From the IMG/VR virus record IMGVR_UViG_3300011336_000294, positions 1 through 31,870 of that record: DNA of 31,870 nucleotides; one strand, given 5' to 3'. The stretch's first letter is position 1, and each line of letters starts with the position of its first letter. The stretch comes from a virus. Lineage: Duplodnaviria; Caudoviricetes. The notes under the pieces were generated by a model. It was given only the letters and a program-made list of their open reading frames with translations. It made no database searches and was not told the DNA's origin. A program made the translations under genes and the position numbers. Shown here one piece after another: positions 9,716 through 17,472 of this stretch.

Positions 9716-10505
9716 AAAACAACCTGTCGGAGCAGTAATTGTCTCCGATCTCCATTGCGGTTCCTCGGTAGGCTTGTGGCCTGATAACCACATCACTTCC
9801 ACAGGGAACAAGATTGGTCTTGGAAATAACCTTCACCAACAATGGCTTTGGCAATGCTGGAATGACATCCAGAAAAAAATCAAAGATCACTTCAAAGGCG
9901 AACCATTTGCCTTGATTGTCAATGGCGACTGCATTGAAGGAAGGCATCACGGAACAACTGAGATAGTTGTAGCCTTAAACTTTGATCATGCCCTTGCCGC
10001 TATCGAATGCCTAAAGCCTCTAGCTAAGATGGCATCTGTTACCTACATGACTGCTGGTACAGAATGCCACGTTGGAGATTGGGAGAAAATGATCTGTAAG
10101 GAGATTGGAGGAAAGTGGATGGGAGACAAGGGACTGCTTGAGATGAACGGAACCCTCATGGACATTGCTCACCATATGCCAACAAGTGCTAGGGCATACC
10201 TTGAGGCTGGAGCTATGTCTATAACGATGGGTAACGCTCGACAGAACTACTCTCGTGTAGGCCACAGAGTTCCAAAGATATATCTACGAGGCCACAGGCA
10301 CGTTGGAGGAATCTTCAATGATGGATCAGGAATCTTTATGGTCACTCCTGCTTGGCAACTTTTGACCCGATATGGTCACAAGGTAGTAGGAGATTCTATA
10401 TGTAGACCAGGATTTGGCATCATTGATTGGCGAGGATGTTCCAAAGGAGAGTTACCAGCAACCAAACTAACCGTATATGAACCGAAAGAAAATAAACCCA
10501 TCTGA
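9708..10505 (+). CDS. Calcineurin-like metallophosphoesterase
   Basis: Motifs SDLH, NGD, GTECH, HH, GHRH; ATG 9708 overlaps the upstream gene end. Confidence 0.85.
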   Translation: MTKKQPVGAVIVSDLHCGSSVGLWPDNHITSTGNKIGLGNNLHQQWLWQCWNDIQKKIKDHFKGEPFALIVNGDCIEGRHHGTTEIVVALNFDHALAAIECLKPLAKMASVTYMTAGTECHVGDWEKMICKEIGGKWMGDKGLLEMNGTLMDIAHHMPTSARAYLEAGAMSITMGNARQNYSRVGHRVPKIYLRGHRHVGGIFNDGSGIFMVTPAWQLLTRYGHKVVGDSICRPGFGIIDWRGCSKGELPATKLTVYEPKENKPI

Positions 10506-10746
10506 ATCTGAGTTACGAAATTCTGCTTTTGATTGGATTAATAAAACAGAAAGCTATTTAGAAGAAAATGTTCCCGAAGGTTGGCTTACTTGCCAGCAAA
10601 TTTGTCATATGAAAAATATGACTACAGGACAAGCAGAAACATTGATTAGGAGAATGATCAATAATGGAGAATGGAAAAAGAAATCATTTAGAATTAAAAT
10701 TGGCGGTGCAGGAGTAAAGTCAGTTCTTCACTACACAGGAAAATGA
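10477..10746 (+). CDS. Small putative winged-helix protein
   Basis: 89 aa; GWLTCQQI...helix...beta-hairpin ending HY. Confidence 0.55.
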   Translation: MNRKKINPSESELRNSAFDWINKTESYLEENVPEGWLTCQQICHMKNMTTGQAETLIRRMINNGEWKKKSFRIKIGGAGVKSVLHYTGK

Positions 10747-11114
10747 AACAACCATCCGAATACTACTTAGATGTAGCTGTTTGGAAAACAGGTTGTTGGA
10801 TTGTCTGGCCCGTTAATAAAGAGTCAGCCAAGACTTGGTTCAAAGAAAAGCTAGATGGAGAACATGATTTTGAAAACCTAGACAATCATTCTGATGCTTG
10901 TGCTGTTCTAGGAAGCGTACCGATTATATTCCTTACACAATGGAAAAATAATCCAGAATGGATTTCCATTCTAGCCCATGAATGTATTCATGTTGCTACA
11001 TTTATGCTCAAAAACTGCGGTGTTGAAGAAAAGGAATCCTGCGACGAGGCACTAGCGTACCTGGTCGGCTACCTTGTAGAGAGCTTTCTAAAAGCCCTTA
11101 CAAAGAAAGTTTAA
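10743..11114 (+). CDS. HEXXH zincin-like metallopeptidase domain protein
   Basis: AHECIH followed by DEALAY. Confidence 0.65.
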   Translation: MKQPSEYYLDVAVWKTGCWIVWPVNKESAKTWFKEKLDGEHDFENLDNHSDACAVLGSVPIIFLTQWKNNPEWISILAHECIHVATFMLKNCGVEEKESCDEALAYLVGYLVESFLKALTKKV

Positions 11115-11317
11115 GCAAAGGTAAGAAGATCGCTTTGATGATGTGCAATAAGTTGAAGGATTGCCTTTCCCTCATCGGTAGCAACATGACCTGTACCTTG
11201 GCACTTCCAGCAAGGTTCCCCTTGACCTTCATCGTACCAATCAGTTCCTGTTCCACCGCACTCATCACACGCTTTCTCAAGCATGATCTGTTTGAATAGA
11301 TTATTCATACGAACCAT
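11111..11317 (-). CDS. Small DnaJ-type zinc-finger protein
   Basis: CDECGGTG and CWKCQGTG repeats; minus-strand TTGACA at 11341-11346; true start may be ATG 11308. Confidence 0.7.
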   Translation of the reverse strand: MVRMNNLFKQIMLEKACDECGGTGTDWYDEGQGEPCWKCQGTGHVATDEGKAILQLIAHHQSDLLTFA

Positions 11318-11364
11318 CCATTGACGGATTTTTTTATTTATGTCAATCCTTTTTTACAAAAGAA

Positions 11365-11586
11365 ATGAAACAAAAAGATTTACTGGATCAAGCCAAGGAT
11401 CTTGCTAATCTAGGCAAGGACTACGGAAGTATTGTCGGTCAGCTTGAGCCAAACAACAAGCTACTCCTCAAACACTACGTCCTAAACCTCCCAGAAGAAC
11501 TAGCCAGCAAAACAATCTATGGCAGGGTTGCCTGGGCAAGCAGGGAAAATATCCCTAAAGGCAGAGGCAGACCACGCAAGAATTAA
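11365..11586 (+). CDS. Hypothetical protein with C-terminal AT-hook-like motif
   Basis: 73 aa ending KGRGRPRKN. Confidence 0.65.
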   Translation: MKQKDLLDQAKDLANLGKDYGSIVGQLEPNNKLLLKHYVLNLPEELASKTIYGRVAWASRENIPKGRGRPRKN

Positions 11587-11593
11587 CCAGCAT

Positions 11594-11785
11594 ATGAAAA
11601 TAGAAGATATTAAAGAAAACTACCCTGATGCTCTACTAGCAGATGGGTTTGATGAATGTATTGTTGGGGTAACAATCGAAGGTCAGGTTGTTTATGATGT
11701 AAATAAGATGATTGAACAGATGATGAGCCAAGACGGCATGGATCAAGACATTGCCCAAGAGTATTTTTACTTTAATTATATCTAA
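11594..11785 (+). CDS. Conserved phage protein (ADGFD...VYD...EYF family), apparently C-terminally truncated
   Basis: ATG 11594 after aaccagcat; stops 1 nt before the tRNA remnant. Confidence 0.6.
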   Translation: MKIEDIKENYPDALLADGFDECIVGVTIEGQVVYDVNKMIEQMMSQDGMDQDIAQEYFYFNYI

Positions 11786-11786
11786 T

Positions 11787-11821
11787 TACCCTTTGGTGTA
11801 ACGGTAGCACCGCAGATTTTG
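11787..11821 (+). pseudogene. 5' half of a disrupted tRNA-Gln(TTG)
   Basis: TACCCTT-TG-GTGT-AACGGTA-GCAC-C-GCAGA-TT-TTG: acceptor 5' strand, D-arm, anticodon 5' strand and anticodon. Confidence 0.85.
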
Positions 11822-11890
11822 CCGAATGGTGTAATGGTAGCACCGATCCCTTTGGAGGATCTTGTCTAGGTTCAAGTCCTAGTTCGGCAG
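11820..11890 (+). tRNA. tRNA-Gln(TTG), complete, CCA not encoded
   Basis: Acceptor TGCCGAA/TTCGGCA, D-stem GTGT/GCAC, anticodon stem GATCC/GGATC with loop CTTTGGA, T-arm CTAGG-TTCAAGT-CCTAG, discriminator G. Confidence 0.95.
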
Positions 11891-12384
11891 TTTTTACCAG
11901 CGTATGTTTTAGTTTGGCTATGACAATTAGGGCATAGAAAGCACAAGTTCTTTATTCTATGGTCGTTTGATACTCCATTTTTATGCTCCAAATGAAGCAC
12001 AAGTTCTTTGTTGCACCAAGACCCATTGTTTCCGCATTCAGAACACACCCAAGGTAAAATTTTAAATTTTAATATATTTTCTTTGATTGCCTTTCTGCTT
12101 CGTTGAGAATTTACAACAAGCCAGTCATTTAAAAATTCATCAATTGAAAGATTTCTTGAGAAATGTGTTGATTCATAGCTAGACATCATGTGTGCTTTAC
12201 TTAACCCAAGATGCTCTATTCTAGCGTTCGCGGTATTAAAATTACCTCCTTTATTTGCTACTCCAAAGAAATCCAGAACATCTTTCATTCTGTTTGATTT
12301 AGCAATCAGATGAATAAATTCATTATCTGGCAAAAGCCAGATTTTGCTTGTTCTCCTTCTTTTGATAGTACGATTTACACTCAT
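11872..12384 (-). CDS. HNH endonuclease (putative homing endonuclease)
   Basis: CSEC...LHLEHKNG..NDHRIKNL.FLCPNCHSQT; stop codon lies in the antisense of the tRNA T-loop. Confidence 0.92.
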   Translation of the reverse strand: MSVNRTIKRRRTSKIWLLPDNEFIHLIAKSNRMKDVLDFFGVANKGGNFNTANARIEHLGLSKAHMMSSYESTHFSRNLSIDEFLNDWLVVNSQRSRKAIKENILKFKILPWVCSECGNNGSWCNKELVLHLEHKNGVSNDHRIKNLCFLCPNCHSQTKTYAGKNCRTRT

Positions 12385-12391
12385 GTTTCAT

Positions 12392-12419
12392 ATACTACGA
12401 TCCAACAATAAAATGTCAA
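12392..12419 (-). promoter_or_regulatory. Promoter for the HNH gene (probably leaderless)
   Basis: TTGACA (12419-12414)-N16-TAGTAT (12397-12392), 7 nt before ATG 12384. Confidence 0.6.
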
Positions 12420-12441
12420 TCAAATCCATGAGGGGTAGCCA
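12420..12441 (+). pseudogene. 3' remnant of the disrupted tRNA-Gln
   Basis: TCAAAT-CCATG-AGGGGTA-G-CCA; AGGGGTA pairs 7/7 (one G-U) with TACCCTT at 11787. Confidence 0.8.
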
Positions 12442-12465
12442 GTTTATTCCAGCATAGCAATTTAA

Positions 12466-12540
12466 TCCAAGGTAGCTCAATGGTTGAGCAAGTCCCTGTT
12501 AAGGACGAGGCTGTGGGTTCGAGTCCCACCCTTGGAGCCA
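12466..12540 (+). tRNA. tRNA-Asn(GTT) with encoded CCA
   Basis: Acceptor TCCAAGG/CCTTGGA, D-stem GCTC/GAGC, loop CTGTTAA, T-arm GTGGG-TTCGAGT-CCCAC, GCCA end; one mismatch at the top of the anticodon stem. Confidence 0.93.
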
Positions 12541-12602
12541 AAGGTATTCCAACCAACAATCAAAACGATTTATAGGGCATCCTAGCCCCACAGGGATACC
12601 TT

Positions 12603-12971
12603 CTACTTAAGGAAGGTCAGCTTATAAAGCGTCGAGTCAATCAACTCCGCTATCCCATCCACCAAGTTCTGGATCTCGCTCCCTCCACCAAGCACTCCCC
12701 TGTTCTCCTCCAGAACCATCTTGACGTACATGACAAAGACCAGAGAATCATTCTGCTCCTCTACCTCTACAGTCTGGTCAGGGTACTCCACAAGCTCTCC
12801 ATTCCTTCCCTGCCACGCCTCAATCACTCCATCAACCAAGTCTGGCATACCCTTGTAAAACCCCTCCAGAGCCTTATGCTCCGAATAGCTCCTGCTCCTC
12901 AGATGCAACACATGAGCAATAGTAGCCGAATTGAGTAAAGTGATAAGTAGTTCTCCTGCTTTCATATCCAA
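12603..12971 (-). CDS. DUF5856-like ferritin/Dps-fold phage protein
   Basis: H..HL..RSYSEHKAL..FY...D...E and C-terminal TLYKLTFL. Confidence 0.75.
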   Translation of the reverse strand: MDMKAGELLITLLNSATIAHVLHLRSRSYSEHKALEGFYKGMPDLVDGVIEAWQGRNGELVEYPDQTVEVEEQNDSLVFVMYVKMVLEENRGVLGGGSEIQNLVDGIAELIDSTLYKLTFLK

Positions 12972-13212
12972 GCAACTTAGCTACCCACCCCACTCCTTGT
13001 AAAGAACTTTCTTATACAACCTATTCTACAAGGATCTTTCAATAAGGTAACTTCTGAAATACTGATATTTTTTCAGTGGCTTGAGACGGATATATCACTT
13101 TTGGCGGCTGGCATGGTGGGGGGGGGCACCACCCGAAGAGATCCCTTAGTGTGAGCAAAAGGATGCTTGCCAAGGCTAGGCCGTCAGCTTGTGCGTGACT
13201 ATCTGACTCGCA

Positions 13213-13761
13213 TCATCCGACTAGCTCTGCATCAATCACGCTCGGCTTGTCATCCAACCGAACAGGATTACCAGCCTCCCTAATCTCACTCATGCTCTGC
13301 GTCTTACCTAGTGAAACAATAAGCAAGAATGGATTACTCGCTTGGGGCGTACGATCTGCGAAGTTGTCCCCGATCATCTTATTGTCCAGACTCAACGCCT
13401 CCAACTTCCCGACCAACTTTCGAACTCTCTTCACTCTACCTTCCGAGTCTACCTCTTCCCGAATCTCCTGGACGAGATCAGCATCGGGCGAGCTTGCGTC
13501 TGCTCTCACTGCCCTAGCCAGAAACGCTCTCTTCTCTGAGAAGGTAAGAGCATCTTGATTGAAACTCTTCTCTTTCAACTTGTTCACATAGTTCTTCACT
13601 CGTTCTTGTCGAAGCAACTTGCAACCATAGCTTGAAGCATCTTCAACCCTACCCGACAGGATAGAGTAACCAGCTCTTCTAACAGATTCGGCGATACTCA
13701 GTCCCTTGGTGACATAATTATCAACGAACTTCTTTTGACGGGTGTTTAATGGCTTGCTCAT
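13213..13761 (-). CDS. terS: Terminase small subunit
   Basis: LNTRQKKFVDNY...RAGYS...KLLRQERVKNY pattern typical of the Terminase_2-type N-terminal HTH. Confidence 0.8.
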   Translation of the reverse strand: MSKPLNTRQKKFVDNYVTKGLSIAESVRRAGYSILSGRVEDASSYGCKLLRQERVKNYVNKLKEKSFNQDALTFSEKRAFLARAVRADASSPDADLVQEIREEVDSEGRVKRVRKLVGKLEALSLDNKMIGDNFADRTPQASNPFLLIVSLGKTQSMSEIREAGNPVRLDDKPSVIDAELVG

Positions 13762-14112
13762 GTAGTGGAGCTTTTTACCTTGGAGAAGTTACCTTGTCAA
13801 TCAGAGTTGATTCCATACCTGAACGAGTCTTCAACTAAAAGCCAATCAGATAGTCAGTAGCTTCTGAACTGATTCTACTGAAAGTACCCCAAAATAGTCA
13901 AGCATATAGTTAGTTAATACCATATAAAATGTTCTAAAAGAATAAGGGAATGCAATAGGTTTTTAAACGCACGAGAATGCCCTGTATCGAAGTTAGTATG
14001 CCTCTGTGGTAGATTCTATGGGTGCATAAAAGAGCTTTTCAGATTGTCAAAGATTCTTTCTATGTTGGCATGGGGTTTGCTATAGAGCATGAAAATATAT
14101 TGAAAGATTCTT

Positions 14113-14141
14113 TTGACATGGTTCCTGGTTTTTAGTACCTT
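14113..14141 (+). promoter_or_regulatory. Early promoter, probably leaderless transcript
   Basis: TTGACA-N17-TACCTT, 6 nt before ATG 14148. Confidence 0.65.
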
Positions 14142-14147
14142 CAATAC

Positions 14148-14351
14148 ATGACAAAAACATCACAGAAGTTCGAAATTGGAGACGTAGTACAATTCACCGA
14201 TTCCTTCAGTGAAGGTGATGAGTCTGCATACCTTGTTACAGAATGGAATCTTGACCGAGGGTTCATTGAGCCTCTTACCCCTCTCTTCACTATCAACCCT
14301 GTAGAGTTGGTGACTTCTGAAATGATCAGAATCGCCCCAATTCTTGACTAA
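14148..14351 (+). CDS. Small SH3-like/KOW-like hypothetical protein
   Basis: 67 aa starting KFEIGDVV. Confidence 0.65.
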   Translation: MTKTSQKFEIGDVVQFTDSFSEGDESAYLVTEWNLDRGFIEPLTPLFTINPVELVTSEMIRIAPILD

Positions 14352-14372
14352 TCACCCCAAACCAAAAACACC

Positions 14373-14666
14373 ATGAACAACGAAAACCCATACGGCACAG
14401 ATTGGAGCAATATCGACCTTGATAGTCATCAAGTAGAATATGCAATCATTGACCCTTATACCTTTGACGGATTGCTTTTAGAGATAAATTGCAATCTGCC
14501 AAAGATCACCAAGGAATCTGTCATGAAACAATTCGAAGATGCCCTACAATCTCGCATTTATTCAGCCCGTGAAGTTATGCGGGACAACTTGGAAAACATA
14601 GTCAGGCACGCAAACGAACAGAGAAACAACCAACCCAAACCAAACCAAAGGAGAAAAACAAAATGA
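14373..14666 (+). CDS. Hypothetical early protein
   Basis: 97-aa ORF, A/C-rich upstream, ATGA overlap with next gene. Confidence 0.7.
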   Translation: MNNENPYGTDWSNIDLDSHQVEYAIIDPYTFDGLLLEINCNLPKITKESVMKQFEDALQSRIYSAREVMRDNLENIVRHANEQRNNQPKPNQRRKTK

Positions 14667-15163
14667 GAACATACCCAACCAGCGAAGAATTATTAAGCCG
14701 ACGAGTTGAAGCAATCAACAAAGTGAACGCATACGCTAAACGCTTGCAGGATCAGATTGTGGAAATTCTTACCCCATACAAAGGGAAAAAGATTGTAAAA
14801 TCATCTGGTAATTATCCCAAATTGATCAAAAAAATAACAATGCCAGAACAGGAAAAGGGCTTTCGTTATTGGTTCCGAATTTCGGAATATCGTGTTGATG
14901 TTGAACTTGACACGACATACATCACAAACGGAGAGCAGGACGAATGTCACTCTGTTTCCTATGTTAAGCAGTCCGTTCATATTTGCACCCTTGCCGATGG
15001 AACTGAACTAAAGGAGATGACAGATGGAAAATATACTAATGACCTTCGGGAAGATTTCACCTTTCTTGAAGTATGGAACGCACGAAAACAGATTGCCGAA
15101 TTGAAAGACCAAATTGGCATACTTGAAGCATCAATCTATCAGTTTAAAAATTCAGACTTCTAA
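14663..15163 (+). CDS. Hypothetical early protein
   Basis: 166-aa ORF in the early gene run. Confidence 0.75.
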   Translation: MRTYPTSEELLSRRVEAINKVNAYAKRLQDQIVEILTPYKGKKIVKSSGNYPKLIKKITMPEQEKGFRYWFRISEYRVDVELDTTYITNGEQDECHSVSYVKQSVHICTLADGTELKEMTDGKYTNDLREDFTFLEVWNARKQIAELKDQIGILEASIYQFKNSDF

Positions 15164-15311
15164 ACATGAAAAAGTCTGACCTAATCACCGAATGGAACCG
15201 ATCAAAGCAAATCCATAAACTGACCATGCTTTCTTTGACCCTGCTGGCAATCCTAGCCTGTTTAATCGCTCGCCTTGCCTATCTCGCCAACATCTAAACA
15301 AACCGACCACA

Positions 15312-15521
15312 ATGACCACAGAACAAGCACGCAAACTGATCGAGTTTATGGGAGCAATTGCCTCCCTAATCAAAGAAGTGAAAGAAATTCCTTCGGGACA
15401 CTTATACGCTCAACTAATGGGGAAAATGTCCCTTGACCAGTATCAAGACATGATTGCAACACTACAGAAGGCAGGCCTAGTTAGCCTTAAAAATGACCTT
15501 TTAACCTATATTGGAGAATAA
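15312..15521 (+). CDS. Small winged-helix-like protein
   Basis: IPSGHLYAQLMG...LQKAGLV..KNDLLTY. Confidence 0.65.
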   Translation: MTTEQARKLIEFMGAIASLIKEVKEIPSGHLYAQLMGKMSLDQYQDMIATLQKAGLVSLKNDLLTYIGE

Positions 15522-15525
15522 ACCA

Positions 15526-15819
15526 ATGAAAACACGCCGAGACTACATGGATGGAAAAGCCACCTTTTCCGAGTATTACGCTCAATTCATCACGCCTTCC
15601 TTAATTGAAGCAGTAAAAGGGGAAATCGGGATTGATAAAGTAAAAGCGTCAAAAGATCCACACTTAAACGATATAGCACTTTCAAAGTGGGATAATCTTT
15701 TCCAAGATTACAATATAAAGAAAGAGATTGCCTTAAAAATGAAGGAAGCTGGTGATTATCTCTCAATGGCTGGGGCAGTATGCACCGCTAAAGAATGTGC
15801 CCGACTCCTTGCCGCTTAA
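15526..15819 (+). CDS. Hypothetical early protein
   Basis: ATG 15526 after aaacca preferred to TTG 15511. Confidence 0.7.
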   Translation: MKTRRDYMDGKATFSEYYAQFITPSLIEAVKGEIGIDKVKASKDPHLNDIALSKWDNLFQDYNIKKEIALKMKEAGDYLSMAGAVCTAKECARLLAA

Positions 15820-15849
15820 ATCGCAAGAACTAGCCCAAAAAGCAACCTT

Positions 15850-15987
15850 ATGAAATACAAGAAATCCGATGCCCTGTTTGCCTTTGAACGTGAGCAAATG
15901 CTGAGGGCTCTTGCCTTCCGCTTGCTAATTCTAACCGCTTCTGTGGCGATCCTCGCCGCAGTAATAACCCACCAGATCAACAACTAA
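15850..15987 (+). CDS. 45-aa putative membrane peptide
   Basis: Read by hand: MKYKKSDALFAFEREQMLRALAFRLLILTASVAILAAVITHQINN. Confidence 0.55.
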   Translation: MKYKKSDALFAFEREQMLRALAFRLLILTASVAILAAVITHQINN

Positions 15988-15992
15988 AACCA

Positions 15993-16199
15993 ATGAAAGA
16001 CACCATGAACGCACTACACAAAGCACAAAAAGCCGCCAGCATTTACAACCGAGCAACCAACCCCCGACTTCTCTTGAGCGATCACCAGCACAAGGCACGT
16101 CACAAGGTAGCCCGAAAGATCAGAGCATTCCTTAAATCCACCCCCTGCCAGGTGATCGAATGGACGAATGGAACCCTTCACGCAATGCCAAACGCTTAA
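15993..16199 (+). CDS. Hypothetical protein
   Basis: 68-aa ORF in tight gene run. Confidence 0.6.
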   Translation: MKDTMNALHKAQKAASIYNRATNPRLLLSDHQHKARHKVARKIRAFLKSTPCQVIEWTNGTLHAMPNA

Positions 16200-16203
16200 A
16201 CCT

Positions 16204-16341
16204 ATGACCACGCAACCGACCACAACTGAACCCCAAGATGCACCCCCAAAAGGGGAAAGTATAGACGATATTCTCGCCCGAATGATCCGAACCAGCGACG
16301 AAATAGCGAAGCAAATTGAGCTTATTAAATCATCACTATGA
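16204..16341 (+). CDS. 45-aa hypothetical protein
   Basis: Read by hand, MTTQPTTTEP...IKSSL; fills the gap. Confidence 0.5.
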   Translation: MTTQPTTTEPQDAPPKGESIDDILARMIRTSDEIAKQIELIKSSL

Positions 16342-16351
16342 GGAGAAGAAA

Positions 16352-16495
16352 ATGAATACATATAACATCATAATAAGTGCCGCTTTTCTTGGCTACCACC
16401 TAACGCAAAGAGAAGCGACCGAAATCCTTCACCTCTTCACAGGCGACAACCTCCCCGACTTCATCCGTAATTATTGTGCCGCATATGAAAGCTAA
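16352..16495 (+). CDS. 47-aa hypothetical protein
   Basis: Read by hand, MNTYNIIIS...AAYES. Confidence 0.5.
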   Translation: MNTYNIIISAAFLGYHLTQREATEILHLFTGDNLPDFIRNYCAAYES

Positions 16496-16670
16496 TAACG
16501 CCCCCGACCAGTTCCAACTGATCCCAGAAGCAGAAATGCCATTCAACCTATCGGGAGAAATCCTACCAGCGGAACCGCCGCCGCCGCCGCATCAGGAATT
16601 AGAAGGAGAACACCCAAGATCCGATTGCCAGACATGGATTGTAGACTTTGCCAACTATTCCAACGAATAA
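16485..16670 (+). CDS. Hypothetical protein with Pro5 tract
   Basis: ATG 16485; (CCG)5 at 16575-16589. Confidence 0.55.
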   Translation: MKANNAPDQFQLIPEAEMPFNLSGEILPAEPPPPPHQELEGEHPRSDCQTWIVDFANYSNE

Positions 16671-16696
16671 CAACAACCTAAAAAACCGCCGCCGCC

Positions 16697-16897
16697 ATGA
16701 AACTAAAACCCCCTTGCCGATGGAATGTTGCTAAAAGCCAAATTGGATACGAATGGAAACATCAAAACCTACCAGAAGATCCTATTTACACCCGTTCCTT
16801 TTATGAATTAAACGGCACAGATGGATTGATTTTTTTCCTAGAAGATAGATACGGGAAAAAATTCACCAGAAAAGCAACCGAATTACTTTCATTCTAA
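16697..16897 (+). CDS. Hypothetical protein
   Basis: 66-aa ORF. Confidence 0.6.
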   Translation: MKLKPPCRWNVAKSQIGYEWKHQNLPEDPIYTRSFYELNGTDGLIFFLEDRYGKKFTRKATELLSF

Positions 16898-16925
16898 ATA
16901 TCCCAACCCAAAAAACCGCCGCACC

Positions 16926-17030
16926 ATGAGCAAAACACGACAGCTTGCTTTGAATATCGTTTGCCTAATCCGAAACCCGAAAGCATGGAGATTCTATGCA
17001 CAAGGAATCACTAGAGCATTGAACCTTTAA
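16926..17030 (+). CDS. 34-aa hypothetical protein
   Basis: Read by hand; shares upstream motif aaaaaaccgccgc(g/a)ccATG-like with gene 16697. Confidence 0.45.
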   Translation: MSKTRQLALNIVCLIRNPKAWRFYAQGITRALNL

Positions 17031-17114
17031 CTGAAACTACCGCCGCAAAAAATAAGTAAAATATCCTTGCAATAGATACCGCCGCATACAACACTACAAT
17101 CCAGCAACCACAAT

Positions 17115-17309
17115 ATGAAAATTGATTACACTTGCCAAAACGAGGAATGCCAGCATGAGTTCCGTGTAGAATACTATGCGAAAGACGAATGGACAGAAGC
17201 AGAAATAACGCCTGGTGAATGCCCAAAATGCAACACCGATGTTGACTTTGAAGAGGTAGAGAACGATGCACTGCCAGATCCCGATTACTACGAGGAGATA
17301 GACCGATGA
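17115..17309 (+). CDS. Small zinc-ribbon protein
   Basis: CQNEEC...CPKC, acidic tail. Confidence 0.7.
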   Translation: MKIDYTCQNEECQHEFRVEYYAKDEWTEAEITPGECPKCNTDVDFEEVENDALPDPDYYEEIDR

Positions 17310-17472
17310 GACTACACGCTAAACCCTGCATTCCCTATATCTGGATCATGCTTGAATCCCTACGGAGCAAAGGCTTAATAGGCTTACCACGTTACAAAAA
17401 AACATCATACCCACCAAAAAGAGCTTGATCTATTATAAAACAATAGCAACAATGCTCGACTACCTAACCACT

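Larger units (their letters stand above)
11820..12419. mobile_element. HNH endonuclease + replacement tRNA-Gln cassette inserted in an older tRNA-Gln gene
   Basis: Flanked by the matching 5' and 3' halves of a different tRNA-Gln; HNH gene is AT-rich and has its own promoter. Confidence 0.75.

Noticed and set aside
11787-12441. Spliced tRNA with a group I intron carrying the HNH gene
   Set aside because: About 17-18 nt of the old tRNA are missing so splicing cannot restore it, the HNH gene is antisense, and the insert has no room for a ribozyme core.
12448-12458. TCCAGCATAGC as the 5' stub of another lost tRNA
   Set aside because: Resembles a tRNA start but is only 11 nt and has no matching 3' half nearby.
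12541-12602. Imperfect inverted repeat AAGGTATTCC / GGGATACCTT after tRNA-Asn as an att site or inversion end
   Set aside because: No partner near 6770 and no recombinase; at most a convergent terminator-like fold.
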